Below, one piece after another: positions 54,193 through 64,000 of a stretch of 64,000 nucleotides of DNA. The position numbers and the translations under genes were made by a program. The stretch is from Candidatus Brocadiia bacterium (GTDB taxonomy: Bacteria; Planctomycetota; Brocadiia; SM23-32), in the NCBI GenBank assembly GCA_046538485.1, contig JBKHIT010000015.1:19926-83925 (forward strand), read 5' to 3'. Each line of letters begins with the position of its first letter. Position 1 is the first letter of the stretch. Under the pieces are notes generated by a model, which searched no databases, was not told the DNA's origin, and saw only the letters and a program-made list of their open reading frames with translations.

Positions 54193-54532
54193 ATATGGCA
54201 GAATCGTGCGGATGAATGCAACAGTTTCAGATTGGCCTGAGAGCTTTCTTCCTGCAAACGGGCATTTGGAGGATTTTAACGGGACAAATTTTTTTCTCGG
54301 TCAAATACTACGCAACAGGGTGGCAGATTTTCAGGAAGCCTTTTGTACGTTTCCTCCATGAAAACCCCTGGGCTTGATCCAGTGCATTTTTCACGAGTTT
54401 GCCATGAAGCTCATCGTCTTCCGCCAATCTATCAATTGCGGCTTCCAGAAAGGGTGTTTATCATAATTTCCTTCGGGTTTTTCTATGGTATATCGATCAC
54501 CATAATTTTCTGCATTTTAGGCGCCGGGATGA

Positions 54533-55321
54533 TTATTCAAGCAGATATTGCTGGAGGTCTTTTTGGGACCATAGATCCGTGCGGCGTTTTTCGAGGTAGT
54601 CGGTCTTCACCTGTTTCCGGTCAAGCGTGGCATGAATGATAGTCTCCTGGTTTTCTTCGGCGCAGGCGAGGTGTTTGCCATTCGGATCACAGATCGCACT
54701 GACCATCATTTGAGGTTTCCGAGCGTCGTTGGCGCTGACCACATACATCCCGTTCTCTGCCGCCCGGCAGCGAACCGTGCCTTCAAGCACCGGTACTTTC
54801 CAGGACGCGCTTCGGGATGCATTGGAAAGATGGATTATCATCTCCGCGCCCTGTCGACGCAGAATGCGCCAGTTTTCCGGGAAACGCATGTCGAAACAGA
54901 TTTGAAGACCGATCTTCCATTCGCCAACCTGGATGACTTCCAGGTTCTGTCCCGGCTCAAAAACATTGCGATCTGCACCCGTTAGTTCCGTTTTGTCGTA
55001 CGTCGCAACGCAATCGCCATCTGGTGAATACAATCGCGCTGTGTTATACCATCCGTCGTCCCTTTCGGTTGTGGTTCCGAGAGCGACCCACAGCTCTTGT
55101 TCCCCGGCGTATTCAACGACCTGACTTTCATGCTCCTTGAGGAGGGAGAAGGAGAGGGAATGCTGAGGCAAATAGCCGCTGAGAATGCACTCTGGAAAGA
55201 CCGCAAGATGGCATCCAAGGTCCCTGATTTGTTTGAGAGCTTCGCATACCTTATCTGCATTGCGTTTCAAGCTGGGTGAAGTTCCGATCTGGCAGGCGGC
55301 GACTTTCAGAGGAGATTTCAT
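54533..55321 (-). CDS. Carbon-nitrogen hydrolase (nitrilase/amidase) family protein
   Basis: Catalytic triad FPE, YDK and ICFDMRFPE; RAAEN; GGAG RBS before ATG55321. Confidence 0.9.
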   Translation of the reverse strand: MKSPLKVAACQIGTSPSLKRNADKVCEALKQIRDLGCHLAVFPECILSGYLPQHSLSFSLLKEHESQVVEYAGEQELWVALGTTTERDDGWYNTARLYSPDGDCVATYDKTELTGADRNVFEPGQNLEVIQVGEWKIGLQICFDMRFPENWRILRRQGAEMIIHLSNASRSASWKVPVLEGTVRCRAAENGMYVVSANDARKPQMMVSAICDPNGKHLACAEENQETIIHATLDRKQVKTDYLEKRRTDLWSQKDLQQYLLE

Positions 55322-55523
55322 AAAAACTCCAGGCTGGCGATGGGCCGGGAAAATAGTGCCACACGTGCAAAAGTATATGCTTTTGCATGTGAAGCTGCAA
55401 ATTGTACTTTTTGGGATAGCGGAGCTTCTGGAATACTCCATTGTTCCGTGTCTCTATCCATAAAGCCCGCGGAAACTGAGTCCCTTCAGCCCCGTATATC
55501 GCTTGCGGCGCTTCTTATACCTT

Positions 55524-58154
55524 TTACCCGGCCGAAAGTGTTTCTTCGCTTTCTTGAATTTCGCCCGTCCGTGAGAAAACGATTTCGCCGTCCTGTTCGT
55601 CGACCTCGATCCGCGAGCCTTCGGGGAATTCACCCTCAAGCAAACGCGTGGCTAGGGGATTTTCGATTACGCGTTGGAGAGTACGTTTCAGCGGGCGAGC
55701 CCCGTAAACCGGGTCGTATCCCATCTCGGCGATGAGGTGTTCGGCATCTTCGGTCACCTCGATTTCGAGATTCTGTTCTGCCAGTCTGTCCTTGAGGCGC
55801 TGAATCTGGATACGCGCGATATCCTCCATAAGATCCTCGGAAAGGGCATTGAAGACAATGATATCGTCGATTCGGTTCAGGAACTCGGGTCGGAATTGTT
55901 CTCGCATGGCCTGCCGGACCCGTGATTCCATCTCTTCCCGTTTGCCTTTCCCTGTGAGATCCTGAATATGCTCACTTCCAACATTCGAGGTCATAACAAT
56001 GATTGTGTTCTTGAAATCCACGGTGCGACCCTGACCATCGGTCAGACGACCGTCGTCGAGCACCTGGAGCAGTGCGTTAAAGACATCGCGGTGAGCTTTT
56101 TCGATTTCATCGAACAGGACGACAGAGTAGGGGCGTCGTCTGACCGCTTCGGTGAGACGTCCCCCTTCTTCGTATCCAACATATCCGGGTGGGGCACCGA
56201 TGAGTCGGGCGACGCTGTGCTGTTCCATAAACTCGCTCATATCCAGCCGCACCATCGCGTCTTCGTCATCGAATAGAAACTCGGCGAGGGTCTTGCACAA
56301 TTCAGTTTTCCCCACCCCCGTCGGCCCGAGGAAGATAAAAGAGCCGAGAGGACGGTTGGGATCCTGGAGCCCGGCGCGAGCCCGTCTCACCGTGTCGGAG
56401 ACGCTTTTAACAGCTTCCTCCTGTCCGATGACCCGTTTGCGCAACTCGTCTTCCATCCTTAAAAGCTTTTGTTTTTCACTTTCCAGCATCTTTTGGACGG
56501 GGATGCCGGTCCAGTGAGAGACCACTTCGGCGATATCTTCGGGTTCGACATCTTCTTTCAGGAGCTGGTGTTCCGACTGTATGTCTTCGAGTTTTTCCTG
56601 TTCTTCTTCAAGTTTTTCCTGAATCTGGCGAAGGCGTCCATACCGTATTTCACTGACTTTCTCGAGGTTGCCTTCGCGTTGCGCAGCGTTCTCTTCGGCG
56701 CGCGCGTGATCCAGTTCTTCGTTCAATTTCTGGATATGCCGGATGATATCTTTTTCATTTTGCCACTGCGCGGTCAGAGCTTCTTCTTTTTCCTGGAGGT
56801 CACTCAGCATCTTCTCGACTTTTTCCGCACGTTCTTCGGACGCCGGGTCGTCTTCTTTGCGCAGAGCTTCTTTTTCCACCTGCAGCTGGGTAATACGTCG
56901 GCGCACCTGATCGAGTTCGGCGGGGAGGCTATCGATTTCCATACGCAGTTTTGATGCGGCTTCATCGACAAGATCGATGGCTTTATCGGGCAGGAAACGA
57001 TCGGTGATATAGCGGTGGCTCAGTTTCGCCGCTGAAACCAGAGCGGAATCCGTAATACGCACGCCGTGATGAACCTGATATTTTTCTTTCAAACCCCGGA
57101 GGATAGCGACTGTGTCTTCGACGGTTGGCTCCTCGATTTTCACGGTCTGGAAACGGCGTTCGAGGGCGGCATCGGCTTCAATGTGTTCACGGTATTCGTC
57201 CAGCGTGGTAGCGCCAACGCAGTGGAGTTCACCGCGTGCCAGAGCAGGTTTGAGCATATTGGAAGCATCGACGGTACCTTCGGCCGCCCCGGCCCCGACG
57301 ACAGTATGGAGTTCATCGATAAACAGAACGATCCGGCCTTCCTGTTCCTTGATTTCTTGCATGACGGCTTTGAGTCTGTCTTCGAACTCTCCCCTGTATT
57401 TGGCGCCGGCAAGCAAACTTCCCATATCGAGAGAAACAACGCGTTTATCTTTGAGACCCTCGGGAACGTCTCCGTCGACGATACGCTGTGCCAGCCCTTC
57501 AACGATAGCTGTTTTACCGACGCCTGGATCACCAACGAGGACGGGATTATTTTTCTTCCTTCGGCTCAGGACCTGAATAACACGCCGAATTTCGCGGTCG
57601 CGGCCAATGACGGGGTCGAGCATATCCTGTCGGGCCATTTTTACCAGGTCGTGGGCATAACGTTCCAGAGCCTGGTAGCGGTCTTCCGGATTCTGGCTTG
57701 TGACCTGTTGCGTGCCACGGACTTGCTGCATTGCGGCAAGCAGATTCTGCCGGTTAATCCCGTGTTCTTCGAGGATAGAGGTTGTCTCGGAGTCGGCTTC
57801 TTTCAGCAACGCGAGCAAGAGGTGTTCGGTGCTGACGTATTCGTCTTTGAGCTGCTTGGCTTCTTGTTCGGCCGTTTCCAGGACGTTAGAGAGTTCCTGG
57901 GCCATATAGACCTGGTCGGCGCCGACCCCCGTTACCTGTGGCAGGGATTCCAGAGCGTTGTTGACATCGGCAAGTATGGCACTGGGTTGCGCGCCCAGTT
58001 TTTGAAAAACCGGCCGGACGATACCTTCGGATTCGCTCAGAAGTTCGTGCAGGAGATGAAGCGGCCCAATCTGCTGATGATTTTGCTCCCGGGCAAGCCG
58101 TTGGGCCTTCTGAAGAGCTTCCTGTGCTTTGATTGTGTAATTGTCGAGGCGCAC
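55524..58154 (-). CDS. clpB: ATP-dependent disaggregase ClpB
   Basis: Two AAA+ modules ([16 protein letters not shown]), a coiled-coil middle domain, [13 protein letters not shown] and YGARPLKR. Confidence 0.97.
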   Translation of the reverse strand: MRLDNYTIKAQEALQKAQRLAREQNHQQIGPLHLLHELLSESEGIVRPVFQKLGAQPSAILADVNNALESLPQVTGVGADQVYMAQELSNVLETAEQEAKQLKDEYVSTEHLLLALLKEADSETTSILEEHGINRQNLLAAMQQVRGTQQVTSQNPEDRYQALERYAHDLVKMARQDMLDPVIGRDREIRRVIQVLSRRKKNNPVLVGDPGVGKTAIVEGLAQRIVDGDVPEGLKDKRVVSLDMGSLLAGAKYRGEFEDRLKAVMQEIKEQEGRIVLFIDELHTVVGAGAAEGTVDASNMLKPALARGELHCVGATTLDEYREHIEADAALERRFQTVKIEEPTVEDTVAILRGLKEKYQVHHGVRITDSALVSAAKLSHRYITDRFLPDKAIDLVDEAASKLRMEIDSLPAELDQVRRRITQLQVEKEALRKEDDPASEERAEKVEKMLSDLQEKEEALTAQWQNEKDIIRHIQKLNEELDHARAEENAAQREGNLEKVSEIRYGRLRQIQEKLEEEQEKLEDIQSEHQLLKEDVEPEDIAEVVSHWTGIPVQKMLESEKQKLLRMEDELRKRVIGQEEAVKSVSDTVRRARAGLQDPNRPLGSFIFLGPTGVGKTELCKTLAEFLFDDEDAMVRLDMSEFMEQHSVARLIGAPPGYVGYEEGGRLTEAVRRRPYSVVLFDEIEKAHRDVFNALLQVLDDGRLTDGQGRTVDFKNTIIVMTSNVGSEHIQDLTGKGKREEMESRVRQAMREQFRPEFLNRIDDIIVFNALSEDLMEDIARIQIQRLKDRLAEQNLEIEVTEDAEHLIAEMGYDPVYGARPLKRTLQRVIENPLATRLLEGEFPEGSRIEVDEQDGEIVFSRTGEIQESEETLSAG

Positions 58155-58189
58155 GTTTCCCCTCCCTGGGGTTAAATTGGGGGGATAAT

Positions 58190-58238
58190 CCTGCGCCGGA
58201 TCTTGTCAGCTGGTTTCGAGTTGTCCGCCCGGCGCAGG
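58190..58238. other. Stem-loop in the dnaK-clpB intergenic region
   Basis: CCTGCGCCGG (58190-58199) and CCGGCGCAGG (58229-58238) form a perfect 10-bp stem; no U-tract. Confidence 0.6.
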
Positions 58239-58253
58239 AAGGGGGCACGCTAT

Positions 58254-60185
58254 CTATTCTTCGTCTTTCACTTCGAAGTCGGCATCCACCACATCTTCTT
58301 CCTCTTCTTCAGTGGTTTCCGCTTCCGGTTGGGCCTGTTGGGCACCAGCGGCTCCCGCTCCGGGTTGCTGCTGGGCGCCTTTCGCGCTTTCGTAGACCAT
58401 TTCGCCGAGTTTATAGGAAGCCTGCTGGAGGTCTTCCATTTTTTGTTCTATGGTTTCTTTGTCATCGCCATCGATCGATTCCCGAAGATCTTCGAGCGCG
58501 GTTTCGATTTTCTGCTTTTCCTCGTCCGGCAATTTATCGCCGTGTTCTTCGAGGGTTTTTTCCGTCGACCAGGCAAGTTGGTCGGCTTTGTTCTTGGTTT
58601 CGACGCGTTCGCGCCGCTCCTTATCTTCTTCGGCGTGTTCCTCGGCGTCTTCCCGCATTTTTTCGACTTCGGATTCGCTCAGGCCGCTATCGCTTTTAAT
58701 TTCGATCTGTTGCTCTTTGCCAGTTCCTTGATCGCGTGCTTTCACGTTAAGAATTCCGTTGACGTCAATATCGAAGCTGACTTCGATTTGCGGGACTCCT
58801 CTTGGCGCGGGTGGAATCCCGGTGAGCTGAAAACGCCCGAGAGTTCTGTTGTCGGTTGCCATTTCCCTCTCACCCTGGAGCACGTGAATTTCGACGCTTG
58901 TTTGTCCGTCGGCCGCCGTGCTGAAAATTTCTTTCTTACTGGTCGGGATAGGTGTATTACGCTCGATCAGGGTTGTCATTACCCCTCCCAGGGTTTCAAT
59001 CCCAAGCGAGAGGGGAGTGACATCGACCAATGCGACATCCTCGACTTCACCGCTGAGCACTCCGCCCTGAATCGCGGCTCCGACAGCAACTACTTCGTCA
59101 GGGTTGACGCCTTTGTGGGGATCTTTCCCGAAGATATCCTTGACGATTTCTTGAACGCGAGGTATGCGTGTTGAACCGCCAACCAGAATAACCTCGTCGA
59201 TATTATCGGCCGACAGCCCGGCATCTTCCAAACATTGCTCACAGGGGCCTCTGAGACGTTCGAGAACGGGCTCTGTGAGTTTTTCAAAGGTCGCCCGATT
59301 AATTTTCATCTGGAGATGTTTCGGCCCCGAAGAATCGGCTGTAATAAAAGGAAGATTAACTTCGGTTTCCGGTGAGGAAGAGAGATCGCATTTGGCTTTT
59401 TCCGCACCTTCTTTCAGGCGCTGGAGGGCCATTTGATCCTCTCGGATATCGATCCCCTGTTCTTTTTTGAATTCGTCTGCAACATGGTTAATCAAAACAT
59501 CATCAAGGTTGTCTCCCCCGAGGTGGGTATCACCGCTGGTCGCCTTGACCTCGAACAAGCCTTCCCCGACTTCAAGGATCGAAATATCGAAAGTTCCACC
59601 CCCGAAATCGAAGACAGCAATATTTTCTTCACCTTCGCCTTCGAGCCCATAGGCGAGAGAAGCAGCGGTTGGTTCGTTTATGATGCGTTCGACTTCAAGC
59701 CCGGCGATAGTCCCCGCGTCTTTAGTCGCCTGACGCTGGCTATCATTGAAGTAAGCTGGAACCGTAATAACCGCTTTTTCGACTTCTTGCCCGAGGTAAT
59801 CTTCCGCAGCCCTTTTCAAATATTGCAGAACCATTGCGGAAATCTCCGGGGGGGTATATTCTTCGTTGTCAATTTTGACTTTCACAAGTTCATCCGCTGC
59901 CCCCGTCACTCCGTACGGGACCATTTTTTCCTCTTCTTTTACCTCATTATGACGACGCCCCATGAAGCGTTTTATGCTGAAAACTGTGCGTTCCGGGTTG
60001 GTGACGGCCTGACGCTTTGCTTTGGCGCCCACCAAGCGCTCATCTTCTTCGGTGAAAGCGACAACCGATGGCGTGAGACGATTCCCGTCTTCATTATGGA
60101 TCACCGATGCGTCGCCACCTTCCATCACGGCAACGCAGGAGTTTGTTGTTCCAAGATCTATTCCGATAATCCGTTCTTTAGCCAT
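58254..60185 (-). CDS. dnaK: Chaperone DnaK (Hsp70)
   Basis: [34 protein letters not shown] and VDADFEV. Confidence 0.98.
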   Translation of the reverse strand: MAKERIIGIDLGTTNSCVAVMEGGDASVIHNEDGNRLTPSVVAFTEEDERLVGAKAKRQAVTNPERTVFSIKRFMGRRHNEVKEEEKMVPYGVTGAADELVKVKIDNEEYTPPEISAMVLQYLKRAAEDYLGQEVEKAVITVPAYFNDSQRQATKDAGTIAGLEVERIINEPTAASLAYGLEGEGEENIAVFDFGGGTFDISILEVGEGLFEVKATSGDTHLGGDNLDDVLINHVADEFKKEQGIDIREDQMALQRLKEGAEKAKCDLSSSPETEVNLPFITADSSGPKHLQMKINRATFEKLTEPVLERLRGPCEQCLEDAGLSADNIDEVILVGGSTRIPRVQEIVKDIFGKDPHKGVNPDEVVAVGAAIQGGVLSGEVEDVALVDVTPLSLGIETLGGVMTTLIERNTPIPTSKKEIFSTAADGQTSVEIHVLQGEREMATDNRTLGRFQLTGIPPAPRGVPQIEVSFDIDVNGILNVKARDQGTGKEQQIEIKSDSGLSESEVEKMREDAEEHAEEDKERRERVETKNKADQLAWSTEKTLEEHGDKLPDEEKQKIETALEDLRESIDGDDKETIEQKMEDLQQASYKLGEMVYESAKGAQQQPGAGAAGAQQAQPEAETTEEEEEDVVDADFEVKDEE

Positions 60186-60249
60186 CTTGCTCAGACTCTC
60201 CTTGTTAACGTTTTTGCGCTATGTAGCAATGCTCCAACCAACTGGTGAC

Positions 60250-60264
60250 GCAAAAACAATACCG
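60250..60264 (-). promoter_or_regulatory. Sigma-54-like (-24/-12) promoter of dnaK-clpB
   Basis: CGGTATTGTTTTTGC on the minus strand (GG-N10-GC with TTGC), about 65 nt upstream of dnaK. Confidence 0.55.
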
Positions 60265-60371
60265 TACTCAAGGTGAAACATGTAAGGTGTTGTAAGGCAA
60301 GAGGATGGAACATTAGTTTTGAATTCCCACTCGGCACTGCTGATTAGAGCGGAGCGGAAGAGTATATTTCA

Positions 60372-60386
60372 CTGCCAGTATGGCAG
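60372..60386. promoter_or_regulatory. Palindromic box CTGCCA-N3-TGGCAG, putative enhancer site
   Basis: CTGCCA-GTA-TGGCAG; arms identical to the box at 40295-40309. Confidence 0.6.
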
Positions 60387-60447
60387 GCGGTATAGCGATT
60401 TGCGGTTGATTTCTGCCATGGGAAGCGTATTGCGAGATGAGTTTCGC

Positions 60448-60630
60448 GGGATGGAGTTTAGCGGTCGTACGAGTCTCACACAGAAACCTTTTCTGGTATT
60501 CCCGTTTTCCGGAAAGGTGGGAGGAGAGGATTTTAATGGCGACAGGGCGGTCGAGGGATTTTTCATGGGCTTTATACACAATTCCCATACATCCCTGTCC
60601 GATTTTTTCACATAGTCCATACGGTCCCAT
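60448..60630 (-). pseudogene. Ser/Thr kinase N-lobe remnant
   Basis: GPYGLCEKIGQGCMGIVYKAHEKSLDRPVAIKIL...RFLCETRTTAKLHP, then similarity stops; no C-lobe. Confidence 0.75.
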
Positions 60631-60849
60631 TTTGTGGGTTGGAACTTGCCGTTTGTTTTGTCCATAAAAACTCTCCTTACCCCGAGGTAATATGAGATGC
60701 CAATCGGGTATAAATTGTTTCATCAAATTTTCATTTTTCTGGAATAGCGCTCTTTTTCTTGATTTTCCCGCGTGCAACATGGTAAGTCGCTTGCAAAAAA
60801 GCCTACCTTCCCGAGTATAATAAGTATATGTTTCTTTTACTCTGTTTAG

Positions 60850-61329
60850 ATGGTGAAGGCAATGGAGGAGGAACAAAAAGAGCCGATGGAAGGGCAATCT
60901 TCAGAGGCCGACGAAGGTTCGGAGAAGGAATTTAAGGTTGATGAGGGATGGAAAGAGTCCGTCGCCGAAGAGCGAGCAAGAATCCGGGAAAAAGCCAAAT
61001 CAGAAGCGAAGGGAGAAGCGTCAGCAGGCGCATTCCCCGAACCGGATTTCAAGGTTTTCATGGCTGGCCTTTACACGCAAACGATGATGGCGCTCGGGGA
61101 GCTGGACGCGGATAAAGGGGAAGATAAAACTCGAGAGGTAAACCTGCCGGAAGCAGAGTATTTGATCGATACGATTGGTATGTTAAGAGAAAAAACGCAG
61201 GGGAACCTGGAAAAGGACGAGCGTCAGTATTTGGATGGACTTTTGAATGATCTTCGTATGCGCTTCGTGTCAGCCGTACAAAAGGACCAAACAGGCGGCT
61301 CAAATCAGGACAAGAGCGATGATGAATGA
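60850..61329 (+). CDS. DUF1844 domain protein
   Basis: VDEGWKESV, PEPDF, AEYLIDTIGMLREKTQGNL and LRMRFV; the start may be ATG60862. Confidence 0.85.
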   Translation: MVKAMEEEQKEPMEGQSSEADEGSEKEFKVDEGWKESVAEERARIREKAKSEAKGEASAGAFPEPDFKVFMAGLYTQTMMALGELDADKGEDKTREVNLPEAEYLIDTIGMLREKTQGNLEKDERQYLDGLLNDLRMRFVSAVQKDQTGGSNQDKSDDE

Positions 61330-61389
61330 TCGATGCCGGATTATCGAATACCACAGGTGAATCGTTCTGTCGGGGAAAGGATATTTGGA

Positions 61390-62181
61390 ATGGATCTTGC
61401 GATTGTGCTGGATGGCTGGCCTTATGACAAAGATGATCAGACCAGGAACATTCGTAAGGTTGTGGGGATGGACGGGCACCTTAAGCTTCAGATACGTGTT
61501 CGCGGGGGCGTAATTCAGTGGGAAGTCGAAGGACGACCCGATGGGGAGAAGCCATACGGGTACGAGAATGTGCTGGATTACTGTGGAGAGCTTGCTGAAA
61601 GATTCAAAATAATTGCAGAAGATCAAGAAACTAAGCCCGACTTTCTATCAGCGAGCCTGTTGGAAGAGCTTCAAAGCGAATTGCTTGATTACGCGCGGCG
61701 GCGACAGGCATTTCTTCTGATCGGAGATTATCGGAGGGTTGTTCGAGATGCCCTCCACGGCCTGGAAATTGTCGATTTTGTTGGCAAATACGCGACATCT
61801 ACCGGAGCCAGGCGGCGTTTCACATCGCAACGGCCCGAATTAGTTTCTGATAGAGCGCGTGCCGAAGCTTTACTGGCTATCCAGCGCGAGAAACTTAAAA
61901 ACGCCGTTCTCGCACTTACGCATGGGATAAGGGAAATCGAAAGCTTCTACCGGGAACTGGGAGAACTTAAAAAAATCCGGGAGTGTAGCGAGAGAAAACT
62001 GCTGATTGATTTTCGGCGAAGTCTTCGTGAAAGATATCACATCCCTCTCACAGATGGCGAGTTGTTGCAGACTCTACAAGCAGAACAACAGGTGGCTATA
62101 GAACAGGAGGACTTTGAAATGGCCGCTCGTCTAAAGGATAAGATCAACAAGATACTATCGCGGATGGAGACCCAAAAATAA
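61390..62181 (+). CDS. UvrB/UvrC-motif-containing protein (Planctomycete-type)
   Basis: DGWPYD...RKVVGMDG...LQIRV...EGRPDGEKPYG N-terminus and C-terminal UVR motif AIEQEDFEMAARLKDKI; GAAAGGA RBS before ATG61390. Confidence 0.8.
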   Translation: MDLAIVLDGWPYDKDDQTRNIRKVVGMDGHLKLQIRVRGGVIQWEVEGRPDGEKPYGYENVLDYCGELAERFKIIAEDQETKPDFLSASLLEELQSELLDYARRRQAFLLIGDYRRVVRDALHGLEIVDFVGKYATSTGARRRFTSQRPELVSDRARAEALLAIQREKLKNAVLALTHGIREIESFYRELGELKKIRECSERKLLIDFRRSLRERYHIPLTDGELLQTLQAEQQVAIEQEDFEMAARLKDKINKILSRMETQK

Positions 62182-62252
62182 CTTGTGTGAAGAATGAGAC
62201 CTGATTGACGTCATGTGATGTGGAGATCAAGTTGAAGTGCTGATCCGATAGA

Positions 62253-64000
62253 ATGGTCGTTATGAAGTGCCCGAAATGCAAAAAGGAACTGGGCTCGGTC
62301 GAAGAAGTTGCCGGAGAATTTGTGCGATGTCCCTTCTGTGGAGCTGAAATCGAAGAAAAGGTAAGGGTACTGCTTCAAAAGAAGGGGAAAAAGACAATAG
62401 GGTCCTCGGATATCCCGCCCATACCAGGCTCGAAGAGAAAGGGGGCGAGTGAACACCCCTCTGTTGCCATGGGGATAGGGTTCTGGATGGTTTTCGCTGG
62501 CTGCTTGGGATGGGGTTTAACCGGGAGTGCTGTTGTCCTGAGGTTGTTCGAACCCGGTTTCACACCCATTAAAGAAGGAGCATTTCTCTTTTTTGGAGCA
62601 CTGGCTTGCCTGGGATTGGGGGTGCGTATCCTGAGGAAAGGCTCGACCCTGGCCGAAAGTGGCCTTTCCCTTGCTTTGATTGCCCTCGGCAGCAGCGCTA
62701 TTTGTCTGGGACATGTGCTTGGACGCGGTCTTATGGCCTTGAGTTTGGGACAGAGCTTTGCCGTCGCCGGCGACGAGATAGTTCTCGGTGTCTTGCTTGC
62801 CGGTGTTGGGCTGGCGGTTGGCTGGAAGAGCATAAGGCGTCATGGCTGGGCTTTGCGTGCGATTGGGTTGGGAATCCTTTCGCTTTTTATGATCAGCGTT
62901 ATCTACTTTACGCCAAATGTCATATCCAGTTTTTCCGAACGACCCGCATTCGGATTTCGTCTTTTATTCCCCAATCTGCTCCCTTTTATTGCGCTGATTG
63001 TGAGTTGCGTGGGACTGGCCTGCAGAATTAAGCGGTGGCAGTCGGATTCCAAAAGCACCACAAGTGCAACCTTGCTGGATATCTGTTGGTTTGCGCTGGG
63101 TGTAGTTTCAGTTATATGGATTATTTTGCAAACGAGACAACTCTCGGGGAGAAACTGTTCGATCGGGATACTCGTGTTACCACTGGCGACCGTAAGTGTG
63201 GTTCTGGGGCTCTTACCGCTAACTGTGAAAGGTGTCTACAGGGCATGGTCGGATAACCCGGGGCTACGACATGATATCATGGCCGCCGCAGAATTCTTCT
63301 GGAAGGTTCTGCCGTTTGTTTTGTTGACGTTGCCCATTGCCTGGTTGTCAGGCAATCGAACGGCGATGATTGTGGACGAAGGGCTTATATGCGTGGGGAC
63401 AATGTTCGGAGTTTTGATCTGGTGGTTTGGAAGGAAAACAGTGCAGAACGACAAGGGGCAGATGTCGGAGTACGGTGGGTGGGTGGCCCGGTGGGGGCTG
63501 CTTTTAAGCGGGGCAATGGCCATTCTCTTTTTGAGCGGTTGTTCCGTAATGCTCCGCATTTTAGGGGGCCAGAGCGCATCGTCGGTTTTTGATTCGCCCG
63601 CGGGGGTTATGGTATGGTGCGCGCTTACATTTATTGCGGCGGAAACAGCCTTCGGGATGATATGGCTGTGGTTCGTCCACCGGAGTGCGCTCGCGGATTA
63701 CAATGATAGTACCATGGTTTGCCGGGTAGGGGCGGCCGGTTGCATGGCTTTTCTTTTTCTGGCTCTCACCTATCTTTTAACTGCCGGTTCCGGACGTCAG
63801 TCGTTCGCATCAGCAATTACGGAGCTTTTTGCAGGATTGCGAGGATCCCTTTTCATACGGGGTACCTGGGCCGACGGAATTGTGAACGGCATTTTCAGTG
63901 GTTTAAGGCGTCTCGCAGGGTTTTTTGCCGGTTCTTGGCCATTGGTGTTGCTTGTATATTTAGTGCTCCTGATCCATTTCCTGGCGCTTCAACGGGTGCG
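62253..64000 (+). CDS. Polytopic membrane protein with an N-terminal zinc ribbon (partial, runs off the window)
   Basis: Read by hand as an open frame from ATG62253 (MVVMKCPKCKKELG...VRCPFCG) to the window end, with many hydrophobic segments. Absent from the ORF track because it has no stop codon. Confidence 0.75.
   Translation, partial: MVVMKCPKCKKELGSVEEVAGEFVRCPFCGAEIEEKVRVLLQKKGKKTIGSSDIPPIPGSKRKGASEHPSVAMGIGFWMVFAGCLGWGLTGSAVVLRLFEPGFTPIKEGAFLFFGALACLGLGVRILRKGSTLAESGLSLALIALGSSAICLGHVLGRGLMALSLGQSFAVAGDEIVLGVLLAGVGLAVGWKSIRRHGWALRAIGLGILSLFMISVIYFTPNVISSFSERPAFGFRLLFPNLLPFIALIVSCVGLACRIKRWQSDSKSTTSATLLDICWFALGVVSVIWIILQTRQLSGRNCSIGILVLPLATVSVVLGLLPLTVKGVYRAWSDNPGLRHDIMAAAEFFWKVLPFVLLTLPIAWLSGNRTAMIVDEGLICVGTMFGVLIWWFGRKTVQNDKGQMSEYGGWVARWGLLLSGAMAILFLSGCSVMLRILGGQSASSVFDSPAGVMVWCALTFIAAETAFGMIWLWFVHRSALADYNDSTMVCRVGAAGCMAFLFLALTYLLTAGSGRQSFASAITELFAGLRGSLFIRGTWADGIVNGIFSGLRRLAGFFAGSWPLVLLVYLVLLIHFLALQRV

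Noticed and set aside
54193..54532. Small ORFs or an ncRNA in the 340-bp convergent gap
   Set aside because: No RBS-supported ORF, recognisable motif or strong structure.
62211..63592. Cluster of short ORFs suggesting a degraded pseudogene
   Set aside because: Explained as shadows of one uninterrupted + strand CDS starting at 62253.

Overview
Bacterial chromosomal window (standard genetic code), most likely from an anaerobic Planctomycetota-type organism. That assignment is an inference from the DUF1844 + UvrB/UvrC-motif gene pair, a small Sm/LSm-like protein, the long LptD-like protein, several Ser/Thr kinases and zinc-ribbon membrane proteins. 0-21.9 kb is accessory: carbohydrate-active and metallohydrolase genes, a decayed alpha-L-rhamnosidase, an orphan PstS-like protein, a frameshifted lipoprotein, a candidate ceramide operon (spt-bcerS-cerR), an internally deleted IS, an ECF sigma/anti-sigma pair, a methyltransferase/URO-D-like cluster and two abutting MITEs. 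22-64 kb is mostly housekeeping and proteostasis: dnaG-rpoD-DUF164, hflKC-archease-rtcB-amrS, a 1964-aa secreted repeat protein, groES-groEL, a membrane pseudokinase/LSm/kinase trio, nfi, lptD-like, xseA, dnaK-clpB, and a zinc-ribbon polytopic membrane protein that runs off the window end. Most notable: (1) the candidate sphingolipid operon; (2) both chaperone operons lack a CIRCE but share a sigma-54-type promoter and an upstream CTGCCA-N3-TGGCAG palindrome, suggesting an enhancer-driven heat-shock regulon; (3) a receptor-like pseudokinase with all three catalytic residues replaced. No rRNA, tRNA or CRISPR array was seen. All family calls come from reading motifs by eye, not from database searches.
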